Virus record (IMG/VR): IMGVR_UViG_3300011442_000022
Location: 1-31,072 of that record
From: a virus
Lineage: Duplodnaviria > Caudoviricetes
Reading direction: 5' to 3' (one strand)
DNA: 31,072 bases
Shown here: positions 16,384 to 25,560 of the stretch, one piece after another
Position numbering within the stretch: the stretch's first letter is position 1
Layout of the letters: the number at the start of each line of letters is the position of its first letter
The notes under the pieces: generated by a model
The model's database searches: none
Told to the model about the DNA's origin: nothing
Seen by the model: the letters and a program-made list of their open reading frames with translations, nothing else
Made by a program: the position numbers and the translations under genes

Positions 16384-18105
16384 TCAGATATCCAAGACGG
16401 GAGTAAGATAACACAAGCAATTGCTAATGAAGATGCTATCTGCTACGATCCACCCAAAGGGGCTCTGGAGATCGTAGACGTGTCCCGCAAAATCGAAGTG
16501 CCGAATCTCGACAAGATCATCCGTCGCTATCTGGCCGGCGAATCTATGAAACAACTTGCCGATGAACTCGGCATCAGTCGTGGGCAACCGGCTTACCCCC
16601 ACAAGCCCGCCGCCGGACTCTACCGGATTTTCATAGCGGCTGGCGTCCAGCTCCGCAGCCCGTCCGAATCGCAATTGGCGAAGAACCGCCGGGTCGCTCC
16701 CGCCACTCGTAAGCGTTGGGTCGCGGCCGCGCATGTCGCCCGTCGCGGCATGAAGGACACTGACGAGACGAAGCTCAAGAGGGCTGCTTTCAACCAAGCC
16801 ACACTGATCCGATCCTGTCCGTCGGACGACGCTCTCGTTGGTGCCGTCCGTGGCCTGGGAATCAAGGTCACTCCGCAGCTTGCCGTAGGCCCCTACAATC
16901 TCGACCTGTCGTTCGACGAAATCCCGCGCGTCGCCGTGGAAATCGAAGACGGTGCAGCGTTCTACGCTCGTCGCACCAAGTTGCTCAAACGAACGAAAAG
17001 CCTCTTGGATCAAGGTTGGGCCATTTTGTTCGTCCACCGACGGCAAGGCGAGCTGGTCTTCCCCGACGTGGCATACAAGTTGGTCGCCTTCCTTGAGTTG
17101 GCCCGCCGCGACGAATCCACCCGTGGTGAGTACGGGGTGATTGATCGTCACGGAAAGCGTGCGACCCATCCGCGTTTTGATATCGACGGCTTGCCCCGCA
17201 TACCTGGCTTTTGACGCTGCCTCGAAAGTCCCCTCGACAATCGCCCCTGGCAAGATGCAGTTCGGAGCCACCTGCGGCGTCCCCGCCGGCCGCTCTGATA
17301 CGTCCGGTGCCTCCATCGGTGGCCGCGGCATCTTGTCGAACCCCTTCTGGCCCGGTCCCGGTTTCTTGTAGTAAACGGTCCCGTCGCGCTTCACGTGCCA
17401 TTCGCGCGAGTAAGGGTTCCCGTGGACCGCATGAATCTGGTAGGCAATGACCAAGTCGCCGAGTTGATCGTACGCCTCCATCTGCACCTCGTGCGCAACC
17501 CGCACGCCCTCGGTGCGAGCCACTCGACGCGCCGATGACTGTACGCCCTGCACGGCCGGTCGGACGTCCTTCGCAATCTCGGCTATCGTTTTGCCTTCGG
17601 CGAACCCGGCCGAAATGATGCCGCTCAAGAGGTCGGGCGACGCCAAGTGAGTCAGCGCGTCGATGCGTGCCCGCCAGTCGCTTTGAAAAATAATGCCGTT
17701 GACCGTGAATTCGGACGGCGCCGGGATGATCTTGGCCGAGAACTCTGAGGCACTGATCGCTTCCTGCAACTCGCCTTCCTCGCGCATCGCTCGTTCCTTG
17801 ACGTGCTCGGGCAGTTTCTCCGCCAGCGAATCGACTGTGAGTGAGTGAGCTTCACGGGCGACGCGGCGGAAGTCCTCGGCCAGCCCGGCCGTGATGCGAT
17901 TAGCCAGGCCCTTGAGAATGCGACTGACGCGGACGGCAATCGCCGACGGATGCCCGCCATGCTTCATGGCCGCGAGCAACTCGTCCCAGACTTCGCGGAC
18001 GACACGCTCGGCAGCGTCGGCCGCTCCGTTGGCATGGCTGACCAGTTTGTGCTGATCGTGGCCCAGCGCGGAGCGTAAGCGCGATGGCGTGCGGAGTCGG
18101 GTCAT
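16384..18105 (-). CDS. Minor head / head morphogenesis protein (MuF / SPP1 gp7 family) containing an intein
   Basis: ATGA-coupled to the portal gene. ARRVARTEG motif present. Removing the intein reconstitutes ...APN-CLC, equivalent to the MuF HPNCRC motif. Confidence 0.85.
   Translation of the reverse strand: MTRLRTPSRLRSALGHDQHKLVSHANGAADAAERVVREVWDELLAAMKHGGHPSAIAVRVSRILKGLANRITAGLAEDFRRVAREAHSLTVDSLAEKLPEHVKERAMREEGELQEAISASEFSAKIIPAPSEFTVNGIIFQSDWRARIDALTHLASPDLLSGIISAGFAEGKTIAEIAKDVRPAVQGVQSSARRVARTEGVRVAHEVQMEAYDQLGDLVIAYQIHAVHGNPYSREWHVKRDGTVYYKKPGPGQKGFDKMPRPPMEAPDVSERPAGTPQVAPNCILPGAIVEGTFEAASKARYAGQAVDIKTRMGRTLSVTINHPVLTTGGFVAAGQLKEGDQLVCHVGEDQLALPSVDEQNGPTLIQEAFRSFEQLGATSVERCTVFDFHGDARDFVERQVEIVGAYGKLRSDLDSQATDGTNESVVRRTGSDQCGLVESSPLELRLVSVLHAATGDMRGRDPTLTSGGSDPAVLRQLRFGRAAELDASRYENPVESGGGLVGVSRLPTTDAEFIGKLFHRFAGQIATDDLVEIRHFDFAGHVYDLQSPFGWIVADSIFISNCLCYLTPVLDI
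16420..17259 (-). mobile_element. Intein (280 aa) in the MuF gene
   Basis: Block A CILPGAIV, block B LSVTINHPVLT (TxxH) plus GFVAAGQLKEGD, block F HVYDLQS, C-terminal ISN followed by extein Cys+1. Confidence 0.9.
16480..17214 (+). CDS. HTH + NUMOD3-like + DUF559/Vsr-type putative homing endonuclease, antisense within the intein
   Basis: LDKIIRRYLAGESMKQLADELGISR (HTH), RRGMKDTDETKLKRA (NUMOD3-like), PQLAVGPYNLDLS...VAVEIEDG...SLLDQGWAILFV (DUF559 pattern). Start at GTG 16480 has GGAG 9 nt upstream. In-frame ATGs at 16321 and 16291 are alternatives. Confidence 0.8.
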   Translation: MSRKIEVPNLDKIIRRYLAGESMKQLADELGISRGQPAYPHKPAAGLYRIFIAAGVQLRSPSESQLAKNRRVAPATRKRWVAAAHVARRGMKDTDETKLKRAAFNQATLIRSCPSDDALVGAVRGLGIKVTPQLAVGPYNLDLSFDEIPRVAVEIEDGAAFYARRTKLLKRTKSLLDQGWAILFVHRRQGELVFPDVAYKLVAFLELARRDESTRGEYGVIDRHGKRATHPRFDIDGLPRIPGF

Positions 18106-20213
18106 TGTTGCGGCGGCCCGATGGCGGCGATGACGCGACGGTGAGCCGTGCCGTCGGCGTCGCGATCGTACCAGAGATTGGCAAACTCGTGGACATTCAA
18201 TCGTCGCGGCCCGGCAAGCGGGTCTTGATAGATCACGCTGTCGCCTTCGACCGCCGTCACGACAACGTAGTGGCCGGCCGCGAGCTGTTCCTGATCGACC
18301 CGCGACGAGCCCGACGATTGGATCGGCACCAGGCACGGCCAGCCCCACGCGGTCAGCCGGCGAAGATCGTCAATCGTCGCGCGAGAGTAACGAGCGACCT
18401 GAAGTCCGCACGCGTCGGCGTAGTCGGTGATGCGTGCCAAGTCGGTGCCGTCGGCGACCGTCGTTCCGAGGTCCTGGATTAGCTCCTCTTGCGTCCGCTC
18501 GATTCCGTAGTGTGCGAGGATAGACCGCATTGCCGCCGGCCCACAGTCGAAGTTGCTGCGCTGGCGAATGTCAGGCAGCGTTGCCGGGCCTTTACCTGTC
18601 ACGGTCGGTGTCGCCGTTGGCGGGTTCGCTCCGGGGACGCCTGGCATCCCTGGTATCGGCAAGATGCCGCCAGTCCCGCCGGTTTCATCCATGAACTCCT
18701 CGTTGTCCTGAGCGATCTGATCGTAGTCGCGTCCCTGCTCCTGGCAGTAACGCTGCCGACTGTCCACGCTGAGCGGGATCTCGATCGCGGCCCGCTGAGT
18801 TTCTTCCAGCTTGTTCCGCACGACCGGCGACGGAGCTTCGACCTGCACCTCGATCAACGCCTGGACTTCGTCCCAGCTCCAAGCGCGGCCGGCGGCGATC
18901 AGCGTGCCAGCCTCCGCCCGGTTGCGAAGCACGATCAGCATTGTCCGTTTGTGGGCTTCCCTGCATGGCCGCTGAACGCGAATCACACGGCGGGAGAATG
19001 GCGATTCGGCACTCAGCGCATTGGCGTAACTATTGTTCGATGCGTCGGCCGATCCGAGCCATTCGAAGGCGTTCCACTTCACGCACGCCCCACGCAGGCA
19101 CGCTTGCAGAATCTGGATGTGAATCGGGGCGTTGCCGGCGATCGGGCCGGGGACGTATTTGAGCCCTTCCGCCACGTCCTCCCATCGCCCGCGGTCGTAG
19201 TAACGGTTTGGGACTTGCGCGCCGGTTGCCGATGCTCCCCGGCCGTCAGCGGCAGTGAAGTCCGCCTCGCCGTCAACGAACGCCTGGATGTCGTCCTTGC
19301 TCGCCGTCGCGTGTTCGCGGACGCCGACGATCGCCGCTTGCTGGGCGGCTGCATCGGTCATGTTCGTCCGCAGCCGACTCGACAGCTCGAGCGAATCGTA
19401 CATATCGAAACAGTAGTCCGTCATCCCGCGTTTCATAGACCGCTTCACGTTGCGGCGCAAGTGAATCAGGTCGTCAGGTCTGATCTCTTCGCCTTCCGAT
19501 GGGTTGTCGCCCCAGAACACAAAGTAGCCGAGCGGCTTCTGCACGTCGTTTCTCGCTGTGCGGACTCCGAACGAGTAATCAAGCGGATCTCCGTCGGGCG
19601 GCTTGGTCACCTGCTCCGGCTCTACTGTTCGGACAGTGGTGTAGCCAGACTCGTCGCAAGTGTGATCGAGAAACCACTCGCCGTCTTCGCACGATCGGTT
19701 AAATAGCTCTTCCTCCAAGCCCGGTTGCTCACCACCATACCATTGCTCGCGCTGCATGAACTCATCGATGGCCGATTGGCACGCGTCCACTAGTCCGTCG
19801 GGAACCTTTGTTGTCGGCTTCGCAGTGGAGCGGTAGGTGAAGCCCTGGCCGATGACGTAACTACAAAGCCCCTCTTGCAAACCAATCGCGTAGCTGTTCG
19901 TGGCAAGCAATACGCGAGCGCCAGCCCGGTAGGCGCCGAGCTCCTGTTCGGTCTGGTAGATCGGATAGTTGCGACCGTAGCGACGCATCCACGCACCGGC
20001 CGGGCCCGCGAACGCCGGGTCCTTCCGCGCACGGTCGACCAGGTCGACGTACGGCGTCACCCAGTCGTACGTCGCCTCCATGCGGTCCTTCGCTCGCTTG
20101 AGGCGATTACCCTTCATTTGCTCGACGATCAGCGCATTGGCGGCGCGTTGCTCGCGGAGCTGACGTCGAGTGTCGCCGGCGGGCGGATGGGTAGTGCCGT
20201 TGCGGTCGCTCAT
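18102..20213 (-). CDS. Portal protein with C-terminal C39 peptidase domain
   Basis: Follows TerL (ATGA overlap). Portal motifs EDGEWF, VEPEQV, LIHLRRNV..KRG, DASNNSY. After a Pro/Gly linker: IRQRSNFDCGPAAMRSILAHYG...GHYVVVTAV...YQDP (Q-C-H-D). Confidence 0.85.
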   Translation of the reverse strand: MSDRNGTTHPPAGDTRRQLREQRAANALIVEQMKGNRLKRAKDRMEATYDWVTPYVDLVDRARKDPAFAGPAGAWMRRYGRNYPIYQTEQELGAYRAGARVLLATNSYAIGLQEGLCSYVIGQGFTYRSTAKPTTKVPDGLVDACQSAIDEFMQREQWYGGEQPGLEEELFNRSCEDGEWFLDHTCDESGYTTVRTVEPEQVTKPPDGDPLDYSFGVRTARNDVQKPLGYFVFWGDNPSEGEEIRPDDLIHLRRNVKRSMKRGMTDYCFDMYDSLELSSRLRTNMTDAAAQQAAIVGVREHATASKDDIQAFVDGEADFTAADGRGASATGAQVPNRYYDRGRWEDVAEGLKYVPGPIAGNAPIHIQILQACLRGACVKWNAFEWLGSADASNNSYANALSAESPFSRRVIRVQRPCREAHKRTMLIVLRNRAEAGTLIAAGRAWSWDEVQALIEVQVEAPSPVVRNKLEETQRAAIEIPLSVDSRQRYCQEQGRDYDQIAQDNEEFMDETGGTGGILPIPGMPGVPGANPPTATPTVTGKGPATLPDIRQRSNFDCGPAAMRSILAHYGIERTQEELIQDLGTTVADGTDLARITDYADACGLQVARYSRATIDDLRRLTAWGWPCLVPIQSSGSSRVDQEQLAAGHYVVVTAVEGDSVIYQDPLAGPRRLNVHEFANLWYDRDADGTAHRRVIAAIGPPQQ

Positions 20214-21670
20214 CGTTTGCCCTTTGCTTTGCCGTTCCACAGGTGAACACCCAACCGCTTCGCGTACTCGAACCCGTCCGGACCGTCGTCGTGGTCAGCG
20301 TTCGGGAACTCTTCTAGCTGCCTCACGAGCAGCCGAGTTCCCGGCGTCGCTCTGAATCTAACATTTAAGCCCGTGATATCGGCGGACATGCGACGTATGC
20401 GAACATGCTTATTCGTTCCGCCCGTGGTCAGCTTGAAGATGGGCAGCATGAACCCCCGCTCTTTGCAGATCCGAATGAACAGGTCCGCGAGCAGCTCCTG
20501 GAACTGGTCGGACTCGCAACCGAAGCCGTCGAGCGTCTTGCCCGTTTCCTCTTGCAGCCGGCGGGCAAACTCAATCCCGTCCTCGACGATCCGCGGCGTC
20601 GGCCGGCGAGCCATGTCGCACTCGACCCACAGCTTGCCGTCCTTGGTGCGGGCCAGGGCGACGAACGCCGAGTAGTCCCCGTGCTTCGCGTCCTTGCCCT
20701 TCGAAGGGTCTAGGGCGATCACCAGGAGCGTGATTTGATCTGGGTGAGGCCAGTCGTCGAACCAGATCGAGGCGGGAAAGCATTCGGCGCCCCACTCTGT
20801 TCCGCCCTCGGCCCGCGGATCCTGCTGATCGAGCGAAGCAAAGTCGCGCGGCTCCGTCAATCGCGCCTGCTCGAATTCCTCCCGCGATCGGAACCAGGGC
20901 CACAACGCCTCGCCTGGCTTGCGTGGATCGTCTGGGTGCCGCTTGTCCGTCGCCAGGCCCGGCAATGTGAGCACGTCGTAAGGCTCACACTCGCCCGTCG
21001 CCATCTTCCGCTTGATCCGGCCAACGATGTCATCCTCGTGCCACCTGGTCGTGGTGATGAGGATCCCGGCGTCCTTCGCCTGGCGTCGCCAGAACACGCC
21101 GGTGTACCAACGCCAGATCCGTTCGCGGTGGGCGGCCGAGTTGGCTTCCTCACGGTCCTTGATCGGATCGTCGATGATGCCGAGGTCGAATCGTCGCCCG
21201 CCGATGCCCACGCCGACGCCGGCGCCCTTGTAGACGCCGCGCCGGCCAGGGATGTCGAACACGTCCGAGTTGCGCCTCGGCTTGCCAGCGAGCGCCCGCA
21301 CGTTTTCGCCGCCGAGTCGCACCTTGGGGAACAGCCGGCCGTAGACCTCGCTGTCCATGATCCGCTGCACGTCGCGGTTCATTTCCGCGGCCAGGTCCTG
21401 CGTGTACGAGCACGCAATCACGCGGCAGTCGGGATCGTTGCCGAAGATGAACGCGGGCAGGTTGCGCGAGCAGCCCTCGGATTTGCCGTGGCCGGGGGGC
21501 ATCTCGATGATGACCCGCCGGCGTTTCCCTTTGGCGAAGTCGTCGAGGTAGCGATAGAGCAGAGCGTGGTGCCAGCCCCAGACGTAGGACTCGGGAGCGA
21601 TGAACTTGGCAAAATCGAAAACATTTCGACGGGCTAGTTCCTCTTCAACCGCCTGCCTCGCCGCGTTCAT
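20210..21670 (-). CDS. terL: Terminase large subunit
   Basis: Walker A MPPGHGKS, Walker B LGIIDDP, coupling motif TTRWHEDD, nuclease motifs ALDPS, DYSA, HDDGPD. Confidence 0.95.
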   Translation of the reverse strand: MNAARQAVEEELARRNVFDFAKFIAPESYVWGWHHALLYRYLDDFAKGKRRRVIIEMPPGHGKSEGCSRNLPAFIFGNDPDCRVIACSYTQDLAAEMNRDVQRIMDSEVYGRLFPKVRLGGENVRALAGKPRRNSDVFDIPGRRGVYKGAGVGVGIGGRRFDLGIIDDPIKDREEANSAAHRERIWRWYTGVFWRRQAKDAGILITTTRWHEDDIVGRIKRKMATGECEPYDVLTLPGLATDKRHPDDPRKPGEALWPWFRSREEFEQARLTEPRDFASLDQQDPRAEGGTEWGAECFPASIWFDDWPHPDQITLLVIALDPSKGKDAKHGDYSAFVALARTKDGKLWVECDMARRPTPRIVEDGIEFARRLQEETGKTLDGFGCESDQFQELLADLFIRICKERGFMLPIFKLTTGGTNKHVRIRRMSADITGLNVRFRATPGTRLLVRQLEEFPNADHDDGPDGFEYAKRLGVHLWNGKAKGKR

Positions 21671-22232
21671 ATCCAGGCCCACCGGCGGCCGCCAGGAGGT
21701 CGCGGAATTGGCGGAGCTGATCGTCATTCAGTTTGGATGGTTCGAAAGGATACTGACCGACGTTGACGTTGACTGTGGCGCCTGGCGGCTTGTCGCCCAG
21801 CATACCCAGGTGCCTGGCGAGCGTGTTCAAGGCGCCGAGCTTGTCGGCGAGCTTTACTCGGATCGTGCCGCCGGCCTCGGTGATCGTCTCGCTCGCCTCG
21901 GTAACACACGCGGCCTCGTCCTCGGTGAGCCGACTCGACGCAACAAAGGTCACCCCTTTTGGTCCCCAGCTCATCACCTTGCGCGGGTCGAGAAAAGCGA
22001 TGCGGCGAAGCTCATTGACAACCATGTCCGCGGTCACTTTACTCCGCTTGCCGAGTTCTTCCAGAGCAAAATCTATCGCCTTCTTTACCTCACGGTTCCT
22101 CATCATCCGCGACGCTTGCTGCTCGGCCGAGTGACCCTTCGCCTTGCCGCCAGCTCGGCGGTACGCTTCCGTCTGGTTGAGAACAGCAGGGTACTCGTCG
22201 ACAAATCGCTGTTGCAGCGGCGTCAGCGGCAT
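21645..22232 (-). CDS. terS: Terminase small subunit
   Basis: LTPLQQRFVDEY...NQTEAYRRAG...ASRMMRNREV and IRVKLADKLGALNTLARHLGM, immediately upstream of terL. Confidence 0.9.
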   Translation of the reverse strand: MPLTPLQQRFVDEYPAVLNQTEAYRRAGGKAKGHSAEQQASRMMRNREVKKAIDFALEELGKRSKVTADMVVNELRRIAFLDPRKVMSWGPKGVTFVASSRLTEDEAACVTEASETITEAGGTIRVKLADKLGALNTLARHLGMLGDKPPGATVNVNVGQYPFEPSKLNDDQLRQFRDLLAAAGGPGYERGEAGG

Positions 22233-22241
22233 GCGCCGAGA

Positions 22242-22459
22242 TTAGCAAACTATGGCTGGAATGTGTTCGGGTGAAAGCCCGGTCGGCGGCTTCGGACTGT
22301 GGGGTTTCCTCGCCGCGTATCGACTTGTCACGACTCGCTCGCCAGATTCAAACTCGATGAGAACGCTGTTCATCGTTCCCCTCGCGATGACCCGGCAGCG
22401 CCGCTTGAACAGTTCCGCGCGGCGCGGGTTGTTTTCCCAGGCGAAGTAGAGCGGGTAGG

Positions 22460-22463
<4 letters not shown>
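22242..22463 (-). CDS. Small hypothetical protein (SH3-like barrel suspected)
   Basis: 73 aa, GGAGG upstream, ATGA-coupled, containing CRVIARGTMNSVLIEFESGERVVTSR. Confidence 0.6.
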
Positions 22464-23392
<929 letters not shown>

Positions 23393-23409
23393 AATCCGCC
23401 TCCCTGTTG

Positions 23410-23784
23410 CTACCTGTCGCCCCTGAGCATCGCACACACCAGCGCCCAGTCTTCCGGCCGCCAAACGTCCGCCCGCACCGTCTCGACCGCCTGGAACGCC
23501 TCCAGCCACGTTTGCTGATCGCCCGTAGGCTGCTTGCCGCCGACCTTCAGCTCCGCGGCGATCAGCAGCCGCCGTCCCTCGTGAATCAGAATCGTGTCCG
23601 GAAATCCCTTGTCGCTTTTCCGGCTGTCTCGCGTGTGGTAGTAGAGCCATCCGCACCGCACCGCTTCCGCTTTGACCATCGCCTGAAATTCATCTTCGTC
23701 GATGCGCGACTCGATCGGCGCAACGGCAGCGCGGCCTGCTTCCAAGGCCAAACATGCACGCTCTTGTTCCTTGCTGACTCTCAC
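23410..23784 (-). CDS. VRR-NUC domain nuclease (putative resolvase)
   Basis: EDEFQ...YHTRDSRKSDKGFPD...AELK...PTGDQQTWL...VWRPED, a PD-(D/E)xK pattern. Confidence 0.85.
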   Translation of the reverse strand: MRVSKEQERACLALEAGRAAVAPIESRIDEDEFQAMVKAEAVRCGWLYYHTRDSRKSDKGFPDTILIHEGRRLLIAAELKVGGKQPTGDQQTWLEAFQAVETVRADVWRPEDWALVCAMLRGDR

Positions 23785-23786
23785 GG

Positions 23787-24467
23787 TTACTCTCCGTCGT
23801 AATCGATCAACTTCGCATCGCCCCGCACGTACAGCGGGTGCCTTGGCTGCCCGCCTTTGGTCAGACCCAGACACTTCACTGGCACGCCAAACGACTGCAA
23901 ATCGCCCGACACACGATCGGCCTCGATCCAATGTTCCCCGCGACACGCTCCCCAGGCCGCGACCACCAACGCGCACGACCTTGCTGTCTCTTCGATCCAT
24001 CGGTCATTGTCCGGACTGATTGCATGGTCGATTTCGTCCAACTCTTTGGGGTCAGTGGCTCGCCACGCATACAAATTGACAACCTCGATGCCAGCGAAGC
24101 CCCACGATTTAGCGAATGCAATGCAGCGGCGAATCGTCGGGTCATCAACATCGCCGTCGGCCGTGCTCGGATTGAGCATCACGAAACACACAACAGCACC
24201 GTCGGCCCATTGGCGAGTGAGCCGGTAGCGGTAACAGCCGCACGGACTGATGACGGCTTCGCGGCGCATGCCGTCGCGTACTATCGTTGGTTCGCCGAAT
24301 AGGTCAGTCAAGGCTTCTCTCCGGCCCGCCACGGCCAACAGCCGCTCCGACGCTTCCCGCTCCGTAGCGCCTTCGCTGACGGACTTCCAGGGCTCTCCGC
24401 GGGCCCGGCGCCAGCCGATCCATGCGGGCTTCGAAGGATCGTGCCTCAATAGTTCGTCCATAAGCAT
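23787..24467 (-). CDS. DUF1643 family protein, with possible N-terminal extra domain
   Basis: AVISPCGCYRYRLTRQW, FVMLNPSTAD...DDPTIRRC, VVNLYAWRATDP, VVAAWG, TKGGQPRHPLY. The core begins at ATG 24269 and the true start is uncertain. Confidence 0.85.
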   Translation of the reverse strand: MLMDELLRHDPSKPAWIGWRRARGEPWKSVSEGATEREASERLLAVAGRREALTDLFGEPTIVRDGMRREAVISPCGCYRYRLTRQWADGAVVCFVMLNPSTADGDVDDPTIRRCIAFAKSWGFAGIEVVNLYAWRATDPKELDEIDHAISPDNDRWIEETARSCALVVAAWGACRGEHWIEADRVSGDLQSFGVPVKCLGLTKGGQPRHPLYVRGDAKLIDYDGE

Positions 24468-25321
24468 TCTGTCATCACACGTTTCGTCTTGCCGCCAGCC
24501 GCGTGATTGTTGATCTTCATTTCGTGTCGGGTCCAATTGTTGTTTTCAGGCTTGGCGTAGTTCTCATAGAGCGAAGATCGATAGCCGCTCAAAAGGAATC
24601 GGCCCTTGATTTTGGCAAGCACATCAAGTAGCTCGTGATGCTGCTCCCACGTCATCTCGTTTTCGCCGTATTCTTTCGTCGTCGCCCGAGTTTCATGCAG
24701 ATAGGGCGGGTCCAAATAAAACAGAGTGCGCGGCCCGTCCTCTTTGCGAATCACTTCCAGAGCCGGCTTGTTCAGGATCAGCACTCGTTTCAATCGAGCG
24801 TGAACGGCCGGCAAGCCTTCGATGCAGTTGAGCCACGCGCTGACTTGCTCATTCATCCCGCGACGGGTTCGGTTGCGGGTGATGCTGGCGAACGAGTCCA
24901 TGCGACCGGCAAGCGATTGGCGACAGCGGACGAAGAATCCAACAGCCGCCGCGATCGGCCGATTATCCCAGTCTTGCGCGAACTCTGATGTTTTGGCTTG
25001 TTTCCAATAGTCTTCGCTAAAAGGCGTAGCCTCGATTGCACGTTGGAATTGCTCAAATAACTTCGGACCGCTAAGCACCTTCCAGAATCGCACGAGGCCC
25101 ATGTTCAGATCATTCACAACTTCGCTAATCCCCTCCGGATCGTTGGCGAGCAGCACCGACCCGCCGCCGAAATACGGCTCGACGTAGTGCAGCCATCCCG
25201 CATCGTCTTGGTCAGGATTGTTCGGGTTCTTGCATCGTGGCGGCATTAAGCCGATGATCCACTTGGCAAGATCGTGTTTGCCGCCGTGCCACTTCAGCGG
25301 TGGCGTTAGTGTCGCGGTCAT
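24446..25321 (-). CDS. dam: DNA adenine methyltransferase (Dam/D12 class)
   Basis: LKWHGGK, YVEPYFGGGSV (motif I), VVNDLN, FYLDPPY (motif IV), LSGY, ECLWTNY. Target specificity cannot be determined from sequence. Confidence 0.9.
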   Translation of the reverse strand: MTATLTPPLKWHGGKHDLAKWIIGLMPPRCKNPNNPDQDDAGWLHYVEPYFGGGSVLLANDPEGISEVVNDLNMGLVRFWKVLSGPKLFEQFQRAIEATPFSEDYWKQAKTSEFAQDWDNRPIAAAVGFFVRCRQSLAGRMDSFASITRNRTRRGMNEQVSAWLNCIEGLPAVHARLKRVLILNKPALEVIRKEDGPRTLFYLDPPYLHETRATTKEYGENEMTWEQHHELLDVLAKIKGRFLLSGYRSSLYENYAKPENNNWTRHEMKINNHAAGGKTKRVMTECLWTNY

Positions 25322-25560
25322 TTCGCTCGTACCTCTTTCCGTTCAGCCAACTTGGCTATCACACAATGAGCCCGGTACACTCGATCCGCCAGCCGCAGCA
25401 CAAACTCATCCCGCCTGAGACCTAAGAACTGCCAGCGATCGATCAGCCCGAGCAACAAGGAAGCGGCCGGCATGTCTTCTCTCGACTCGGCAGTGGCGAG
25501 CCAGCCGCGAGCTATCGCGATGTTGCATTCGGCGTTGGCGGCGGGGAAGTTCAAGCCCAC
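25318..25560 (-). CDS. Hypothetical protein
   Basis: Short ORF filling the gap, ATGA-coupled to the methylase. Start uncertain. Confidence 0.45.
   Translation of the reverse strand: MGLNFPAANAECNIAIARGWLATAESREDMPAASLLLGLIDRWQFLGLRRDEFVLRLADRVYRAHCVIAKLAERKEVRAK

Noticed and set aside
20210-21670. Intein in the terminase large subunit
   Set aside because: Normal length, contiguous ATPase and nuclease motifs, and no Hint blocks.
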